This document shows positions 61,432 to 64,000 of a DNA stretch of 64,000 bases, in pieces. The DNA comes from an uncultured delta proteobacterium (GTDB lineage Bacteria > Desulfobacterota > Desulfobacteria > Desulfobacterales > JAHEIW01), in the NCBI GenBank assembly GCA_963706575.1, contig CAVPNL010000004.1:544001-608000 (forward strand). The letters run 5' to 3'. The notes beneath the pieces are model-generated. The model had not been told where the DNA came from and searched no databases. It saw only the letters and a list, made by a program, of their open reading frames with translations. The position numbers and the translations under genes are program-made. Every line of letters begins with the position of its first letter. The stretch's first letter is position 1.

Positions 61432-62148
61432 TTACCGAAAGGTTCTCAGAGCGCTCATGCCTCCATCGATGTGAATAATCTGACCGGTCAGCCAGGTACT
61501 GGCATCCGAGAGTAAATAGATGGCTAAACCGGCAATTTCCTGTGGTGTTCCGATGCGTTTTAAGGGATGACGATCAGCCGATGCCTGACGTTTTTCTTCG
61601 CTGGACAATAAATTTTGGGCCAGGGGCGTATCGGTCAAAGACGGGGCGATGGCGTTAAATCGGATACGGGGCGCAAATTCAGCGGCCAATGATCGCGTAA
61701 GTCCCTCCACAGCCGCTTTGGCGCCGGCGACGGAGGCATGAAATGGCATGCCCGTTTTTACAGCCACCGTGCTGAATAAGACAACCGACGCTCCTGTTTT
61801 TGACTTTCTTAGACGGGTTAAGCAGGCTTGAATGGTCCTCACCGCGCCCAGAAAATTAACCTGAAGATCTTTTAAGAAATCATCGATCGTCAGACGCTGA
61901 AAGGGTTTGAGCTGGATGGTCCCCGGACAATAAACGATTCCATTTAATACTTCTGGTAGTCCTTCGAGATTAAGCGGGTCCGCCGTCACATCCAGCGGCA
62001 AATGATGCACGCCAGCAAGTTCGGCCAGTTGATCATTGGTTCGTGAACCCACGTAGACTTCGTTACCTTTTTCATGAAGCGCTTTGACAATTTCCAGACC
62101 AATGCCGGAACTGCCACCCACAATAAGAAAATGTTTCTCGTCCATCAT
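61432..62148 (-). CDS. SDR family oxidoreductase
   Basis: GGSSGIG Rossmann motif; PLKRIG.P; catalytic Tyr position reads V (VAGAK). Confidence 0.88.
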   Translation of the reverse strand: MMDEKHFLIVGGSSGIGLEIVKALHEKGNEVYVGSRTNDQLAELAGVHHLPLDVTADPLNLEGLPEVLNGIVYCPGTIQLKPFQRLTIDDFLKDLQVNFLGAVRTIQACLTRLRKSKTGASVVLFSTVAVKTGMPFHASVAGAKAAVEGLTRSLAAEFAPRIRFNAIAPSLTDTPLAQNLLSSEEKRQASADRHPLKRIGTPQEIAGLAIYLLSDASTWLTGQIIHIDGGMSALRTFR

Positions 62149-62238
62149 TCACCTTCCTCAAATTGTCGTTTTCTTTATTTGCAGTAAATTGGCATCTTTT
62201 ATGATGCTAAATTCATTTTCTGTACAGAAAATTCAAAA

Positions 62239-62685
62239 TCATTGATTTTTCCGCTGCATTTCTCTTTGGCGCATCGGCATCGAGTCGATCAATCCAAAAA
62301 CGTCGCTTAAATCAACTCGATCCTCACTTTTGAGTTTGATGCCGCCGTCTTTGCCGACCAGAATGAGGTTGAATGTATTGCTGGGTATGGCAAAGTGAGT
62401 GCGTATCGAATCGGCTTCCTTTCGATCCAAAGGACTATTATTCATTCGGGCAGGACCTTGCGCCGGCACCTCAAAAACAATCAAATCCCGGTCGTCTACT
62501 TCAGCTTTTTGAGCCATAATTTGGCCTTGTAGATTCTTAAAGAAAGGATCGTTGGCATCTTCGGCAAAAAGAAAAAGCAGCCGGTTTTTCCACTGGAACT
62601 GCGTTAAATCCATAGACAATGCCTCCTCGGGAGCCCAAACAGTTAAACCAATCAAAATCAAAAAAACAACGACAAATCTTCTCAT
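62239..62685 (-). CDS. DUF4174 family secreted protein
   Basis: WKNRLL, LVGKDGG.K, IDSMPMRQREM. Confidence 0.88.
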   Translation of the reverse strand: MRRFVVVFLILIGLTVWAPEEALSMDLTQFQWKNRLLFLFAEDANDPFFKNLQGQIMAQKAEVDDRDLIVFEVPAQGPARMNNSPLDRKEADSIRTHFAIPSNTFNLILVGKDGGIKLKSEDRVDLSDVFGLIDSMPMRQREMQRKNQ

Positions 62686-62839
62686 AGCTATATTTCGCCC
62701 TTTTTTTGTATGAATTCTGTTTGCAAATTCTAATTTACTGCGCATTATTGTTTATACATTAACGCATTACTTTGACTTGTAAAGATCTTTTCACTAACCG
62801 GAATCTGAATCAATAAGACCTTAGCACTTACGTAAGCCA

Positions 62840-63862
62840 ATGAAACCCATTACCATCGGTTTTTCTATTCATCGGTCGGAAGTTATCGACATAGCAGCTG
62901 ATTTAATGCAGCGCCACGATGTCATTTTCCTGGAAGAACCGCCCGTAAACGGATTACAGGAAATGCTTCAAGGCGCCCTGTCAATTGACGACTATTTGTT
63001 GCCCGCCGAGGTCGAATACCCGGAATTTAGCCGCCGCATGTGTCGGCTGTTGCGTGAGCTTTATCAAGATGGCAAGAAAATCATTCAGGTGGAGCCGTTT
63101 TTAGAACATCTTCTGGCGATTCATACCTTTTTTTCACTAGGGCATCAGCCTAAAGAACTGCGGCCGGACTCGGTTCACCATCAGGTGTATCGGGCAGAGC
63201 GAGATGCCACCAAGGCCCTTTTGGATTACTACCAGATCGTGATGAACGGTTCATTTAAGGCCGCCATTCAGGCCATCATCCGCTTTGCGCGCTTTGATGC
63301 GGCCCGATTTCGATTGCGTGACAGTCTGCGGGCCCAGGCCTTAGCCGCTGAACTAAATAAAGGGTCTTCTGTATTTATCGAAGCCGGTGTGATTCATCTT
63401 GCGTTGTATCATCTGCTGAAAAAAAGATTGCCGCAATCGCTTCAACTCAAACCCTTATTTATAACCCGTAAAGCGCTGAAAATCCTCGGCGCCAAAGGGC
63501 ACCTGTTTGGCCCCGGTGATCAGTTGACGCTTACCTATATATTTCATCCCAAAACTCATGGAACCTTCAGAGCAGAGCTGCTTGCAGCGCGATCATTGAT
63601 CTATTCGAAACTAATTGAAAAAGAAGAAGTCTCGGCCGGCTTAGAAACGTTTCCCCATATTCGCAACGAGCTCGCCTGTATTCGCACCGTCAAATTGCTG
63701 ACTTTGGTGGATTGCGATCGACTATTTCCGTTGATCCGCTGCATTAAAACCGAACACGCCCGGCAGCTTGTAGATGATTATTTGGTCCGCATTAAAAAGC
63801 TTCCCCGGCAAAGCTGGAAGCGTCAATCATTTAAATCGCAGACTGAAGGAGAATATATTTAA
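62840..63862 (+). CDS. Hypothetical protein, possible EreA/ChaN/TraB-like fold
   Basis: GFSIH, VIFLEEP, RD..RA, EAGVIHL in the expected order. Confidence 0.6.
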   Translation: MKPITIGFSIHRSEVIDIAADLMQRHDVIFLEEPPVNGLQEMLQGALSIDDYLLPAEVEYPEFSRRMCRLLRELYQDGKKIIQVEPFLEHLLAIHTFFSLGHQPKELRPDSVHHQVYRAERDATKALLDYYQIVMNGSFKAAIQAIIRFARFDAARFRLRDSLRAQALAAELNKGSSVFIEAGVIHLALYHLLKKRLPQSLQLKPLFITRKALKILGAKGHLFGPGDQLTLTYIFHPKTHGTFRAELLAARSLIYSKLIEKEEVSAGLETFPHIRNELACIRTVKLLTLVDCDRLFPLIRCIKTEHARQLVDDYLVRIKKLPRQSWKRQSFKSQTEGEYI

Positions 63863-63863
63863 A

Positions 63864-64000
63864 ATGAAACCCATACCCTTTAATTCGCAAAAAGATTTAG
63901 CGCCTGTCGTTTTTGACACCCAAACCTGCCGTCTGGCAAACGAATTAAAACAACTGGGAATACCCTGGCAACCGCACGTGGGATGTTTCGTATGGGACCC
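63864..64000 (+). CDS. Hypothetical protein, partial (runs off window)
   Basis: ATG 1 nt after the previous stop; MKPIPFN...WQPHVGCFVWD open to the end. Confidence 0.6.
   Translation, partial: MKPIPFNSQKDLAPVVFDTQTCRLANELKQLGIPWQPHVGCFVWD

Noticed and set aside
62706..62727. Third CarH operator upstream of DUF4174
   Set aside because: Two ACA cores are 11 bp apart but lack the conserved T (CAAACA, CATACA); too weak in AT-rich DNA

Overview
Gene-dense bacterial chromosomal segment. Protein style, selenoprotein recoding and a single-cluster ferredoxin suggest an anaerobic Desulfobacterota/Desulfobacterales-like organism (inference, not a database result). The left part (1-38 kb) holds mixed housekeeping genes: a PBP1A/SPOR cell-wall cluster, murB, ferredoxin, Na+/H+ antiporter, nudC, SRAP, a GNAT-nitrilase fusion, TetR-RND efflux and acyl-CoA dehydrogenase. 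It also contains two UGA-recoded selenoproteins that the ORF track truncates or splits (rhodanese CxU; DUF3179 YUPL), each with a SECIS-like hairpin, plus a two-copy MITE, a REP-like doublet, many inverted 7-9-mer repeat elements, a three-copy ~60-bp direct repeat, and a sigma-54 promoter followed by a tRNA-like leader and a miniature PEP-CTERM-like gene. The right part (~38.8-62.7 kb) looks like a light/singlet-oxygen stress island. It carries a B12-binding MerR photoreceptor (CarH/LitR type) with three 11-bp TnnACA operator repeats over back-to-back promoters, uvsE, lon, ftsH, dksA, an RpoH-like sigma factor, a site-2 protease, a lipocalin, and a furan/cyclopropane fatty-acid gene set (cfa/UfaM-like, DUF1365/UfaO-like, FAD oxidoreductase/UfaD-like, desaturase, SDR). 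Two genes carry single-base frameshifts that may be sequencing errors. No rRNA, complete tRNA, CRISPR array or transposase was seen.
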